This document shows positions 62,669 to 64,000 of a stretch of DNA of 64,000 nt, piece by piece. Both the position numbers and the translations under genes were made by a program. The notes below the pieces were generated by a model. That model worked only from the letters and a program-made list of their open reading frames with translations. It did no database searches and had not been told where the DNA came from. The DNA comes from Amphiscolops sp. MND2022 (lineage: Eukaryota), in assembly GCA_964187785.1 (NCBI GenBank), contig OZ076409.1:76510001-76574000 (forward strand). Reading direction: 5' to 3'. How positions within the stretch are numbered: the stretch's first letter is position 1; every line of letters begins with the position of its first letter.

Positions 62669-64000
62669 TGTAATGGCTCTCGAGTCACTTCGTTTGATTC
62701 AACATTTCCAGACGTTGAAGCTATATTCTGGGTGACAATGTTGTTTGTTCCCAAGCGTAAGTTCCCAGTAGTCCTTCCAAAAGGGAGTATATATTTGATG
62801 AGAGATTTTCTATCATCTCAAGACTTTCCTTCTGACCATCTCTGCCTCCTTTATTTTTTTCCGACGGTCTTTCCACTCTCAGAGATTTCAGAAAAACCCA
62901 TATCAGAAATACTGGGCGCTTTTTTCGTCCTATGACTCGCAGTCAAGGGCTTCTGTTGGAACTTTCATCTCTAGCGAGATCAACTTCTTCTAATTCGTCG
63001 GCGGAGTTTCCGCTGTTTTCGACTCTATCAGTCAAACAACCTCGTTCTGAACTCACATTAGACAAGTTATCCACTTTGGATGCTAAGCTCTCAATCAACT
63101 TTAAAATCTCGCGCTGGTTCAACTCAGTATCTCTAAGGCGCTTGGAAATTTTAATTTCGATCTTATTGGAAATATCTTCAAAATTCCTATCTGACAGTGA
63201 GGTGTTTTCATCGTTAGTCGAATTCCCTACATCTTTGTCTATTTGACTAGTCGATTGGTCACTCCTGAGTTTTCGTTTCTGAGACCCTTCCGGCATAGTT
63301 TGGAAAATGCTGGTTAACAAGATTTAATTGAATCAGGTGAGAATGGTGTTAGGTAAGATCAGGTGGTCAACTGATTGATTGATTAGTAAATCAAATACGG
63401 TTAATATCAAACTCGTGAAAAGTGCAAAATGAAATCCAAGATCAAAGTTGGACACAATTTCAAAGAGCGAATAACAAACGTTTTCAAAATTGGAAAAATA
63501 AAATCTGTGTTTTCCTAATCCCACTTTAGGTATATATACTTTTCGCTAGACACGCGCTGAAAACCCCGCGCGTGAATTCACACCTCGTTCAACTCGGCGT
63601 GTTTTCCAAGACAAGAAAATCCAAATAAGGTAGGCTTCCTCGGGACTCGGCATTCGGCTTCATCCCACTTTTAAGTGAAAGCGGGAATCACTTCCTGCCG
63701 CTTCCCAATTCCGCGTCCCGTTCTTCTTCATCTCCCGCCTTTTCAAGACGCCGAGCCGAAGTTGGCACTGAAAATTCATGAACCTAGCTACTGAAGCGGG
63801 AAAAGGAACTGATTTTACATCGAGGAATAAATGAAATTCCAACAACGAATTCTTAAAAATGTACTAAAATATTAAGTAGCAGCTCTGATTATCACTAAAT
63901 CAGACAATTTACGTAGCTAACCAATGTTTCTTGTACACATCAAACAATAAAAGTCTGGTCGAACGCCAGGTAAACAACTTGACTTTGGGTCGCCTGGCCG
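62669..64000 (-). mobile_element. 5' LTR region: 62669-62941 of one subfamily joined to a related-subfamily LTR (62942 onward), running off the window
   Basis: 62669-62941 matches 51985-52270; ORF 62943-63320 (KRLRDTELNQREILKLIESLASKV) is a diverged homolog of KRIKEAEIGQREILRKLENLSSKI; 63330-63800 resembles 52340-52750. Confidence 0.72.

Noticed and set aside
51985..62941. A single intact element bounded by the 52 kb and 62.7 kb LTRs
   Set aside because: The LTR segments are only about 80% alike by eye, and no PPT or TSD could be confirmed, so they may be separate insertions.

Overview
AT-rich eukaryotic genomic DNA, probably from an invertebrate animal (spliceosomal introns, metazoan-type transposons). 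There are no prokaryotic operons, CRISPR arrays, rRNA genes or complete tRNA genes. Most of the window is layered transposable-element debris: Ty3/Gypsy LTR retrotransposons (one full-length but decayed copy, one RT-less copy, solo LTRs and fragments), an IS630/Tc1-like transposon, two pogo/Tigger derivatives, hAT-, MULE- and CACTA-like MITEs, and a recurrent Helentron-type (DINE-1/HINE-like) family. One host gene can be assembled by hand on the minus strand with consistent splice phases: a type II transmembrane C-type lectin-domain protein. Five exons at 4.6-17.1 kb are well supported, and a candidate first coding exon lies at 36.3-36.6 kb. The most unusual structures are (i) a four-level nest of transposons filling one intron, (ii) an LTR-like element whose repeat carries a ~3.1 kb array of ~47-bp double-hairpin units and flanks an orphan ORF, (iii) several LTRs that encode an N-terminal Gag leader (up to ~137 codons) reading in register across the LTR end, and (iv) a 160-bp spacerless palindrome. 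All coordinates and identities were read by eye; no alignment or database search was run.
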